A DNA stretch of 64,000 nt, taken from contig OX597825.1 in NCBI GenBank assembly GCA_951406725.2, forward strand, positions 27,280,001 through 27,344,000, in the 5' to 3' direction. The position numbers and the translations under genes were made by a program. Numbering within the stretch: the stretch's first letter is position 1; each line of letters opens with the position of its first letter. Origin of the DNA: Octopus vulgaris (lineage: Eukaryota). This document shows positions 14,119-25,018 of this stretch, one piece after another. Under the pieces are notes generated by a model that saw only the letters and a program-made list of their open reading frames with translations, had not been told where the DNA came from and ran no database searches.

Positions 14119-14380
14119 GCATACATGCATACATATATGCATACATACACACATAGATACACACACACACGTACACAAACACATATATATAGTTGAAATT
14201 TATAGAATGCCAAAAGATCAAGACAGGTGTATGAACAAGAAGCATACGTATTAATTTGACGTACGGGGAAAATGAAAAAAATGTTTTAATGTTGAGCCTA
14301 CGCTCTTCAACAGAAAATAATTAGACAATATAAACAGAGAGAGAACGAATATATATATATATTTATGTGTATATATATAT

Positions 14381-14444
<64 letters not shown>

Positions 14445-14445
<1 letters not shown>

Positions 14446-15400
14446 AATGTGAGCAGGACAAAATATACAAGTGGGCTGAAAAGAATAGCATGCAGTTCAA
14501 TGCTGAAAAGTTTCAAGCTTTATACTATCAGCATGCAAAACTAAATGCAATACCCAATAAATACACTGGACCTGGAGGGATTGCAATCCCAGAGGCACAA
14601 TCAGTGCGAGACCTGGGTATTTACATGAGTGATGATGCAACCTTTCATGTGCATGTTGCTAAATTGGCAATGAAATGTAGGCGGCTGACCGGATGGATTC
14701 TTAGAACATTTAGAACAAGAGACCAGAAAACCATGATGGCCCTCTGGAGGACACTTGTCCTAAGCAACTTTGACTATTGCTCTCAGCTATGGTCACCATC
14801 CAGTGTCAAGTTAATCACAGAACTTGAGGCGATCCAACGAAGCTACACGAAGAAGATAGCCTCTGTGCAGCATATAAGCTATTGGAAAAGACTCAAGAGA
14901 TTGTGACTCTATTCCTTAAAGCGTAGGCGAGAAAGATATACCATAATATACATCTGGAAGTCCTAGAAGGACTTGTCCCAAACTTTGGCATCGAGAGTTA
15001 CACAAATGCCAGAACTGGGCGCCACTGCATAGTGCCAAGGACTCCAAATTTGCCATCAAGATGTAGGACAAGATACTGTGATAGCCTGGGCTTCTGACGC
15101 CCACAGCTCTTCAATATCCTCCCGAAGAACCTAAGAGACCTGCATGGAGTGAATGCAGATGTCTTTAAAATGAAACTGGATCTCTTCTTGTCAGGTGTCC
15201 CAGATGAACCAACTTCACGGCAAGAGGTGCAGATGAGGGCAATTGCATCAAACTCTCTCATGCACCAGATGGCATTTGCTAAAAAGCATTCGTGAAGTAA
15301 AATCATGTAGCAAAACCAAATGGCGGTGCCCCAGCATGGCCACAGCTTGTGAGCTGAAACTAAATAAAATAAATTAAATAAATAAATTAAAATAAATATA
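14445..15400 (+). mobile_element. 5'-truncated CR1-group LINE copy (RT C-terminus, 3'UTR and A-rich tail)
   Basis: WAEKNSMQFNAEKFQAL...VRDLGI...GWILRTFRTR...DYCSQLWSP, collinear with 27125-28030; in-frame stops; flanked by (AT)n(GT)n and a short (AT)n. Confidence 0.93.
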
Positions 15401-15429
15401 TATATATAACAGGCTTGTCATTTATAAGT

Positions 15430-15642
15430 GTGTGATTATGTTCGTACCTCGCAACCGTTTGACAAATAGTGTTCGGTTATTTTCATGTCTCCTTAACTTA
15501 AGTGGCACGCCGAAACCCACAAAGGAACAGCAAATGATATCAGGCTTGAAAACAGTAAATACTAGGGTCTGTCATTTCGACTAAACCAAATGAATATGGT
15601 GCGCCAGCATTTCTAAAATCTAATGACTCCAACAAGTAAAAC
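15430..15642 (+). mobile_element. 3' half of family C SINE, degenerate
   Basis: Similar to 52120-52325 and 54500-54690, including TTTCGACTAAA...GGTGCGCCAGCAT...AATGACT. Confidence 0.6.
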
Positions 15643-15927
15643 AAAATCACTGATGAGAAGGCAGAGATCTGCAAATGAAAACGATACCCATGAGGTAATA
15701 ATTTACATTTCGATTGCTCGCGTGTATGAAGGCGTTCGTCCATATACATCTGATTTTAATTCGTATCGCCTATTCTCCTTAATAATCTTTATGCATAGTT
15801 TATCACCACTTGTGAGTCGTTCGAGGTTCTCCCAGAGTCAGAAATCACAGAATTGCATTTTATTCAACTGAGAAACTTCAATGAGTTGAAACCCCGAATC
15901 AATGAACGGATTTATATTACAAGTTTC

Positions 15928-16348
15928 TTATTTCTTTCTTTCCCACAAGAGGCTAAACATAGAGGGGACAAACAAGGGCAGACAAACGGATTAATTCGAT
16001 TAAACCGACCCCAGTGCGTGACTGGCACTTAATTTATAGACCCTGATAGGATGAATGGCAAAGTCGACCTCGGTGGAATTTGAACTCAGAACGTAGCGGC
16101 AGAAAATACCTATTTCTATTTCTTTACTACCCACAAGGGGATAAATACAGAAGGGACAAACAAGGACAGACAAACGGATTCAATCGATTATATCGACACC
16201 AGTGCGTAACTGGTACTTAATTTATCGACCCCGAAACGGTGAAAGGCAAAGTCGACATCGGCGGAATTTGAACTCAGAACGTATCGGCAGTTGAAATACC
16301 ACTAAGCAATTCGCCCGGCGTGCTAACGTTTCTGACAGCTCGCCACCT
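15928..16348 (-). mobile_element. Family M SINE with tandem ~185 bp body unit (2 units)
   Basis: Two head-to-tail copies of CCCACAAG...GGACAAACAAGG...GAACTCAGAACGT, followed by the tRNA-like head. Confidence 0.85.
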
Positions 16349-16944
16349 TCTCTTTATATTTGAAGCTTCTGTGTGTGAACCCCTTCTCCTCCAGAACCGA
16401 GCAACACTCTCCTGAACATGTACACCATTATAAGATAGTATTATACGATAGTATTCATAGTGAGTTTCCTTCTTCTATCCATGATACCACTTTTGTCACA
16501 GCAAGTGTATGTATCTGCTGGTAATAGTACTTCTGACATGGATAACTGAAACAGGAAAGCCAAATAAAAGATGCTACAATTTCAACTAATCTCCTTAAAA
16601 AACTATTTATATTATTTTCGGATTAGAGTTTAGAATTAAAATACTTTATTTAAAGTTTGAATCACGAGTAAAAATTTTGAAGCTCTTTTGATCATTTTAG
16701 ATTATCAATCTTAGATTTATCAGACTCTACAAAGTTTTCTGCATCTAGCGGTCTCCGGTAAAACATTTGGAAAATGGTGCACCGTTTCAAATTTTGTTTC
16801 TGGTTTCAAACACAGAAACAGAAATTCAGTGAAGCCTGAAACACATATAACATTATAGAAATGAGGTTTACCTTCTGCCTGGTCAAATGTGATTCCCTCG
16901 TCTGGGGAGCTAATATTTGTATTTCCTGTGGAATATATGTGTTG

Positions 16945-17190
16945 TGGAGGCGCGTGGCTTATTGGTTAGAGTGTCAGCATCATGATCGTAAGATTGTCGT
17001 TTAGATCCCTGGACCGAGCGACGCGTTGTGCTCTTGAGCAAAACACTTCATTTCACGTTGCTCCACTCAGCTGGCAAAAATGAGTAACGCTGCGAAGGAC
17101 TAGTGTCCCGTCCAGCTGTGGAACACTTACGCCATCGAAACCGGGAAACCGGGCCCATGAGTCTGGCTAGGCTTTAGAAGGGCGCATTTA
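16945..17190 (+). mobile_element. tRNA-derived SINE, head B + tail X
   Basis: GGAGGCGCGTGGCTTATTGGTTAGAGTGTC (box A-like); CTTGAGCAAAACACTTCATTTCACGTTG; tail AACGCTGCGAAGGACTAGTGTCCCGTCCAGC...GGCTAGGCTT. Confidence 0.8.
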
Positions 17191-17942
17191 TTATTATTTT
17201 AATATATGTGTGAGTGGGTATTTAAGGAGTTTGAAATTTTGTGGTGAGTTTCAAACATTTAAAAAGGATATCGCCCAATTAGCCTTCAGGTTTTTAGCAG
17301 TTTGATCTGTTCCAGCAAAATTAAATTGAAACTAAAATGGATATCTCACCGATTCAAGTGAGGACAAATATTATCTTTTTAGGGCAAAAACACTGTGATA
17401 TCAATTATTTTACCCATAAGGTTATTTACAAATTGAGTATGATAATAAATTACATGTATATCACTGATTCATACTGGGGTTGACTTTTGTAGTGGATTAA
17501 TAAATTTTGTATCTTTTGTTTGAATTGATATGATTTTATACATGATGAATGGAAGGAACGATGACCAACTTGTATCTCTTTAGATATTAAAATTGCTGGA
17601 GTTAGGAATGTAACAAAACACTACTAAACAACCAAAACAATTATCAAAGTTTTTATTGCAGACTTAAAAAATGCCAAAGAATTCCTCCAAAGGAAGCTTT
17701 CATGAAGCATGTCGTAAGCTCACTGCAGAAGGCAACCGAATTACAGATATTTTGCATTTCTGCTGTCAACACCAGGGAAGCAACTCATCAACCTAAATTT
17801 CGTAATTTAGAAATCTATATCATCGCTCCTTTCTGCTGGAAACAGCATAAGTCTTTCCCTCAGTTTGCACCTTAATAAGTGGAAAAACATATTAAATACT
17901 GCAGTATTTACTACATTATGCCTTGTGAAGGATATTATAGTT

Positions 17943-18445
17943 GCGAGCTGGCAGAAACGTTAGTACGCCGGGCGAAATGCGTAGCCGAATTTCGTCTGTC
18001 GTTACGTTCTGAGTTGAAATTCCGCCGAGGTCAACTTTGACTTTCATCCTTTCCGGGTCGATTAAATAAGTACCAGTTACGCACAGGAGTCGATATAATC
18101 GACTTAATCCGTCTGTCTGTCCTTGTTTGTCCTCTCTGTGTTTAGCTCCTTGTGGATAGTAAAGAAATAAGTATTTCGTCAGTCTTTACGTTCTGAGTTC
18201 AAATTCTGCCGAGGTCGACTTGCCTTTCATCCTTTCGGTGTCGGTAAATTAAGTAACAGTTACGTACTGAGGTCAATCTAATCGACTGGCCCCCTCTCTC
18301 AAAATTTCTGGTCTTGTACCTAAAGCAGAAAAGAATATTTGGTTCTTCCTTACGTCCTGAGTTCTAATTCCGTCGAAGCTTTGTTTTCCGTCCTATCGGG
18401 TTCGATAACATAAGTACTATTTCAGCAAAGGAATCAATGTAATTG
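17943..18445 (+). mobile_element. Family M SINE tandem array (head plus 2-3 body units)
   Basis: GCGAGCTGGCAGAAACGTTAG head with box-B-like GAGTT(C/G)AAAT; the unit restarts at GTATTTCGTC (18171) and again degenerately near 18340. Confidence 0.85.
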
Positions 18446-20094
18446 AAGGAAGTGCAACTCTGTGAGAGTTTAAAACCATTCCTCTGCTAAGTCATATCGA
18501 GGCAGAGCGACAGAGGTGGCTCATCAAACCAGTATGATCTCAAGTTCAAATAAACGGCCTCCCTCAGTGGATAGAAATGGATAGAATATAGGCTATCCTG
18601 TCCAAACTAAATTAAGGATATTAGGGATAGTCACAATTGAATTTTACTCTGTCATATTTCATTTCGCACAGGGTGGAATAAAATCAAGCAGCAACACTTA
18701 GTCTAGGGAATGTCTTTCCGGTGGACTCAGTATTGCACTATTGATTAATTGCGAACTAACAAATTTAAATTTGGCTGAATCTTACGGCTTAAAATCAGAC
18801 GCCGTTTGATTTTATTTCTTTTAATGAAACAATAAAAATCAATTATCGACAAAATAATTGAACATTAAGAGAAATTATATTCTGCAATCTCGGTGTGTTG
18901 AACCTGAAGAGATAACACAAGTAAAATACGTCGTGAAACGGTCACATAAAATAGGAGCGGGAAGGCAGTATGAGAACTCCCAACAGCCATATGATATTTT
19001 AAGGCTTCGAAACTAGGAATATAATAAAATAGTTTTATTCGTTTTATGTTTTTCTTCAGTCAGGAGGGCTCCACTATTATCTTTATGACACTGATTCGTT
19101 CATCTGAAAATAAATAAATATCTGTAGTATTATTGTTGTTTTTGTTATCGTCTTTCCTGTATATTTTAAATTATCTGGATTTCTTGTCTATTTCGCTTTA
19201 TATATTTTAGTATTATTCACTTATTTATTTTTGTAGGTTAATGATGTCGATTAGAAAAATAGCTTGCTTATGAATAATCAATTTAAAGCAACCATTCAAA
19301 TATTTTATTATAAATTTAATTTTAAACAAATCATATATGAAATAAAGGAGGAAACATAAATACTGTGGTAACGCAGAGAAATAAAAAAAAAGAGGGTAAA
19401 CAAAAGAAATACTGACTATAAAACATGAAGACTGATGTAAATGCGATAAAATTTCTAATGGGAAACACGTCTGTAAATGATAATATACTGATATGAAAAC
19501 CTCCACTGAGAAATATTGTATATTTAGGGTGTCACGATAATAAAAGCACATGATTAACACTAAACTGTTGATGTTCTTCAGTTTTGTTGTGATGGTTATG
19601 TTTGCAATTGTTGATTGAATTATTCCGTTTAAACCATTAGAGTATTTGCATTAAAAACAAAACGAAAAACATAATTTTAGCATTGTTGATTTAATGTGAA
19701 GATATTTGGAAATTGTTTAATTTTTATAATTTTATTTTTGACTTCATGATATTCAATTTCATAGATAAATACCAAATTTTGTCAGAGAACACATGAAATA
19801 AAAGTAGAAAATAAAAACTTTAATTGCAGGCAGGAACAAGTATGAAAAATATATTAGAGGATGAATACGTTAAGATTTTTTATGATTATTTCAGGGCTTT
19901 TTTTTTTTTTTACATGATACATGATGCAAAAGCATTGTTATATGAAAAACAGTTTTAAAATTTATAACATGCGCGGTTCCAGCTTGAACATTCTGAAAAC
20001 GAAACCATAGACTTGAATAATGGATTTTGTTTCTAAATAATAATAATTATAATACCATGGCAACAAATGAAAATGATTCTTTCAACTGGGAGCA

Positions 20095-20895
20095 CAAGGC
20101 ACCAAATTTGGGGGAAGGGTTTAAGTCGATTACATCGATCCCAGTGTGTAATTGGTACTTATTTAATCGACTCCGAAAGAATGAAAGGCAAAGTCGACCT
20201 CGGCGGAATTTGAACACAGAATATAGTGGCAGACGAAATTCCGCTTAGTATTTCGACCCCACAAGGGGCTAAACATAGAGAGGACAAACAAGGACAGACA
20301 AAGGGATTAAGTCGATTACAACTACTTCAGTGCTTAAGTGGTACTTAGTTTATCGACCCCGAAAGGATAAAAGGCACAGTCGGCCTCGGCGAAATTTGAA
20401 TTCAGAACATAAACGGCCGACGAAATACCTATTTCTTTATTGCCCACAAGGGGCTAAACATGGAGGGGACAAACATGGACAGACATAGGTATTAAGTCGA
20501 TTACATCGACCCCAGTGCGTAACTAGTACTTAATTTATCGGCCCCGAAAGGATGAAATGCAAAGTTGACCTCGGCGGAATTTGAACTCAGAACGTAGTGA
20601 CAGACGAAATACCGCTAAGCATTTCGAGCTGCGTCCTAACGATTCTGCCACCACGCCGCCTTATTTAATGAAAATAATCTTTTCTACTATAGGCACAGGG
20701 CCTGAAATTTAGTGGAAAAGGGAGAGTTGATTAGATCGATCCCAGGACGCAATTGGTACTTAATGTATCGACCCCGAAAGGATGAAAGGCAAATTCGACG
20801 CCTGTAGCACATCTGCACTCATACCGTAAAGACAGACAAAATACCACTAAGCATTTCAGCCTGTGTGCTTAACATTTCTGTCAGCTCACCACAGT
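20095..20895 (-). mobile_element. Family M SINE cluster/tandem array (about 4 units)
   Basis: Repeated GGTACTTAATTTATCGACCCCGAAAGGATGAAAGGCAAAGTCGAC units. Confidence 0.85.
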
Positions 20896-20999
20896 AATAA
20901 ATGAAAATAATATTAAAAGCATGGATATACGCACATGTGCACGTATATCCATATATATAGTATATATTTATATATATGTATGTATGTATATATAAAATA

Positions 21000-21600
21000 A
21001 TGAAAGGAAAAGAGAGAGTTAAATCTGACTTATGTCAATTTATTAACATAATATTAATAAGCCCCACAATTGTTTCAATTCAAACTCAACACCAATAAGA
21101 AATTTAGAAAAAAATTCATATATTCAAGTGCTGGAAATATTTTTAGTAAAATTTCTTTAGGGTAAATCAGGACAAAAAATTACATATAATTACAGATAAT
21201 TTTTTTCTGTCCTGATTTATTCTCACGATATTTTTACCCAAAATTTTTCCAAAATACGTTTCCTTTAATAAATATTATATTGATTTTTTTAGTTTGAATC
21301 GAAACAATTGTGGGAATTATAGCTATAACGTTAATATATTAAGGTATATCAGTTTGAACTCTCTACATTCCTTTTTTATGTTTGTATTAAACCAGTTAAA
21401 CCTGTGAAACTTGGATGTTTCCATGCCTATAAGAGGAGCTTGTTTTCTTGAATCGATTTTATATATATTAAAAAATTTAACTAAATGTTGGCCAATTTTA
21501 CCTCCATCTTCCTACTCTCTTCTCTCCTGTTTCTGAAGAAGAACTTTGATCGAAACGTAAAACTACATTTCTTTCCTTCCCTATCTGCTAATATTTTGCA
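21000..21600 (+). mobile_element. Probable Penelope-like terminal relic: ~380 bp imperfect hairpin followed by a hammerhead-like core
   Basis: Inverted arms CCCACAATTGTTTCAATTCAAACT / AGTTTGAATCGAAACAATTGTGGG and TAAATCAGGACA / TGTCCTGATTTA; CTGAAGA-N12-GAAAC at 21533-21556. Confidence 0.45.
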
Positions 21601-21610
21601 TATATATATA

Positions 21611-22156
21611 TTGGGTTGTCCGGAAAGTTCGTGCCGATTTATAGCAGCTTACCTTTCGACTTATTTTAGAACATGGTTGAGTCCATAAAATAGGATATGA
21701 CTACACCTCTATTTAGAGCACAGTTTAAGCTATATTTTCGTGCAAGAGCGATTATGTTGCTATAACCTGTGTTAATTCTATAACCCTTTAAAATGGAAGA
21801 TAATAAAGTTCATTTTTGGCACTTGATTCTATGGAAACCAGACAAACATTGATGTGTTACTCCAGCCCCATATTCACCTGCTATTGCTCCTTCGGATGTC
21901 CACTTATTCAGGTCTCTGCGGAATAGGCTTTAATGGTAAAAAGTTCAATTCCTTGGATGACGTAAAAAGATACCTTGATGAATTCTTTACTATGAAACCA
22001 CCTCGATTCTGAGAAGACGGTATTTTCAAGTTACAGATAAGATGGAGACGCATTGTGCAACAAAACAGTTTATATTTGGTTCATTAAAAATGTGATGGGA
22101 AGTATTTATTAACCTTTTCCTTTCCTTTAAAAATGGGCACGAACTTTCCGGCTAAC

Positions 22157-22160
<4 letters not shown>
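21611..22160 (+). mobile_element. Internally deleted mariner transposon
   Basis: ~30 bp TIRs TTGGGTTGTCCGGAAAGTTCGTGCC / GGGCACGAACTTTCCGGCTAACCCAA, TA on both sides; PPYSPAIAPSDVHLFRSL (YSPDLAPSD motif). Confidence 0.92.
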
Positions 22161-22442
<282 letters not shown>

Positions 22443-22450
22443 AGATATAT

Positions 22451-22459
22451 AAGATGGCG
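22451..22459 (+). promoter_or_regulatory. YY1-type motif AAGATGGCG at the putative LINE 5' end
   Basis: Matches the YY1 consensus (CGCCATNTT reversed) about 10 nt after the (TA)n tract, analogous in position to the YY1 site of human L1. Confidence 0.5.
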
Positions 22460-22983
22460 CTGAACTAACAACAAGTGTGTTAACGTGTCTCTCCTAAATA
22501 TTAAAGAAGTCCTTCCAGAGATCGATGTTATCAGAAGCGAAATTGTCTGCAAAGCGAATATAAGTGATAGTACAACAAGTCACTGTATTTGAGAAGAATA
22601 TTTTCGCTTTTGATGTAGTATTTGCAACTAGAACATACTCGCGTGTTAAAACGCACGTGTGTTACTTCCCGAAATCGAAGTGAATTTTATTCTTCGTCTG
22701 TGAATCAACAAGACACAGGATATTTTCGTTTTTGATGTATATCTGCGTGTCCTGAAAAAAGCCTCTGAAAAATTTGCTGCTTAATACCAAATCGCTTAGG
22801 AAAATATAGAAAGTATCGTGAAACTGTTGCATGTGCTAAATCGAAACTCAAACCCCTTTTGTTTACAAAGTGCGCTTGGGGAGGAATATAAAAGGTCTGT
22901 CTTGTCTATCTATCTTCCTTTCTTATAAAAAGGAATCACGTAAGTACTCTCTGTCAGCCGGTAAGGTAAGATATTATTTATCT

Positions 22984-23281
22984 TGTTATCATTAGTGTTC
23001 TTTCAAACAGAAAATAATTAAAAAAACAAAAAAGATATAAAAATATAAAAATACGCGGTATTCTATCTTTATAATCTTTATAATTTCGTGCCTGCCACGC
23101 ACTCTCTCTTTCTCTTTTTTACATTTCTATTTCTATCTCTCTCATACATTTTTATTATTTGTTATCATTAGTGTTCTTTCAAACAGAAAATAATAATTAA
23201 AAAGATATAAAAATACGCGCTATTCTATCTTTATAATCTCTCCCTCTCTTTCTTACATTTCTATTTCTATCTCTCTCATAC
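22984..23281 (+). repeat. Imperfect tandem duplication (~175 bp spacing) in the LINE 5' region
   Basis: TGTTATCATTAGTGTTCTTTCAAACAGAAAATAAT...AAAATACGCG.TATTCTATCTTTATAATCT...ACATTTCTATTTCTATCTCTCTCATAC occurs twice. Confidence 0.85.
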
Positions 23282-24116
23282 TGTTTATACCTTATCTGTC
23301 TCCCCATCCACCAGACCCTCTATTTCCGCTCTCACTCTCCCCTCCTCCCTCTCTCTCCCTCTGCAATCGTTTCTCTTTCTGCATCTCTCTCAGATCAACT
23401 TTCTCTCACCTCACCCCCTCTCTCAGTTCCTCAACTTCACTCATTCTCTCTTGTATCTATATACCGCCCTCTTTCTCTCTCTCTCTCTCTGTTACTCCCC
23501 CTCCCTCTCTCTGCCTCTTTCCTCTCCGCTCCTTCACAGGTCAAACCCCTTTTCCTCTTCCCCTTCTGTCCCCTTATTTCTTTCTCTACACCACCCTCCC
23601 TGTCCCTTTACTACACTCTGTTGCGCCCCCTCTCTTCCTCTTCCCCCTTTTTCCTTCCTACCTTTCCTCTCCCTGTTCCCTCTAAGGCTCACCACCCCCC
23701 TGTCTCTTTTTTCCTCTCTCTGTCTCCTTCCTCCACACCACCCTCTCTGTCCCTTTACTTCACTCCCTGGTACCTCTATCCTGCCCTCTCTCTCTCTCCC
23801 TCTCCATTTCATCTCTCTCTTCCTCTCCATTTTATCTCTCCGCCTTTCTTCTCCCTGCCCCCCTAGGGTCCACCCTCTTGTCTCACTTTTCCACCCTGTC
23901 CCTTTCTACTACACCTCTATCCCGCTCACTCTCCCCCTGCTGACCTGCCATTCTCTCACCTTTCTCTTTTTTCCCTCTTATTTTCTCTCTTTCTCTCTTC
24001 TCTCAGGAAAATCCCCTCGTCTCTCTCTCTATCCCCCCCTGGCTTTTCTCCTTTCTCTTCTCCCTCTCCATATCTCTCCTTCTCTATCTCTCTCTCTGTT
24101 TCCTATATTTCACTAG
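23282..24116 (+). other. ~830 bp polypyrimidine tract ending in a 3' splice-site-like CACTAG
   Basis: Almost purely C/T on the + strand; AG at 24115-24116, ATG at 24123. Confidence 0.6.
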
Positions 24117-24122
24117 AAGAAA

Positions 24123-25018
24123 ATGGCAAGAAACTGGTCTGCGAGAGAGGTGCAATTGTTCGTCCGCGCTTGGAAGATCGCTGAGGACGACTCGCCGAAC
24201 GAAATTATTGCTGCGGCGCTGAAAAGCAACAATTTTTCGAGAACCACCGCCCAGATAGAGCGAAAGAAGAGAGAAGTTATCCGTTCGTACGCTCTAATCA
24301 GGCAACATGTGGACACCCTGGACATCATCCTGGGAGGTGACGGCAGCAGGGAGGGCCAAAAGGATGAGGAAAGCATCCAGAGCCAAATGGAGAAGCCTGG
24401 AACACAGGGAAACGATGACACATGTCCAGCTTCCAACACCACAACTGAAGACCAAAGAGGTGCGATGGCCGCAAGAAAGGAAAGGCACCCTGGAATTGAT
24501 GGGAAGCAGGAGGTAAAGGGTGACAGAATCAAGGCTAAAGGAAGCCCTGTCCAGAGAAAGCAGAGGGACCCCAGCAAAAACTGTAAGGGCAGGGAAAGAA
24601 ACACCTGCAAATTCTACCTGAGGGGGACTGCTGGTACGGCGTTGAAGGTGCAAACTGTCGCTTTGCACATCGGAGGCCCTACCAAAACCGCACGGACGCG
24701 AGACAGAGGTCCCTCCCTCAGGGAGAACAAAAACAAAAAGTTAAAAGAAGGGAAAAAAGCGCACTGACCACTACTGAAAGACGGTATGCAGATGTGGTGC
24801 GCGGAAACCCAACAGGTGGCCAGCTTCACCCAGATGTGAGAAGGGCGGCAGCTGAACAGCAGTCTTTTTTGTGCATGGCACAAAAAATTGTTCAGCAGCT
24901 GACCTGGCTACAAGCACAAAGCTGGAACTACCACCACATAAGGCCACCTCCAACAGATGCAGGATGGCCACCACAGACACCAACACCAACACACACACCA
25001 CAAAAATATTTCTACTGA
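24123..25018 (+). CDS. LINE ORF1: Myb/SANT-like N-terminus plus CCCH zinc finger; one frameshift at the G5 run 24622-24626
   Basis: RNWSAREVQLFVRAW...IIAAALKSNNFSRTTAQIERKKREVIRSY. Adding one G gives CKFYLRGDCWYGVEGANCRFAH and an open frame to TGA 25016-25018 (298 aa). Confidence 0.75.

Noticed and set aside
15928-20895. Regularly repeated units resembling a CRISPR array
   Set aside because: Units are ~180 bp SINE bodies with no unique spacers, no cas genes, and a eukaryotic context.
23451-24116. 221-aa L/S/P/F-rich ORF upstream of ORF1
   Set aside because: By-product of the polypyrimidine tract, which cannot encode stops; non-ATG start.
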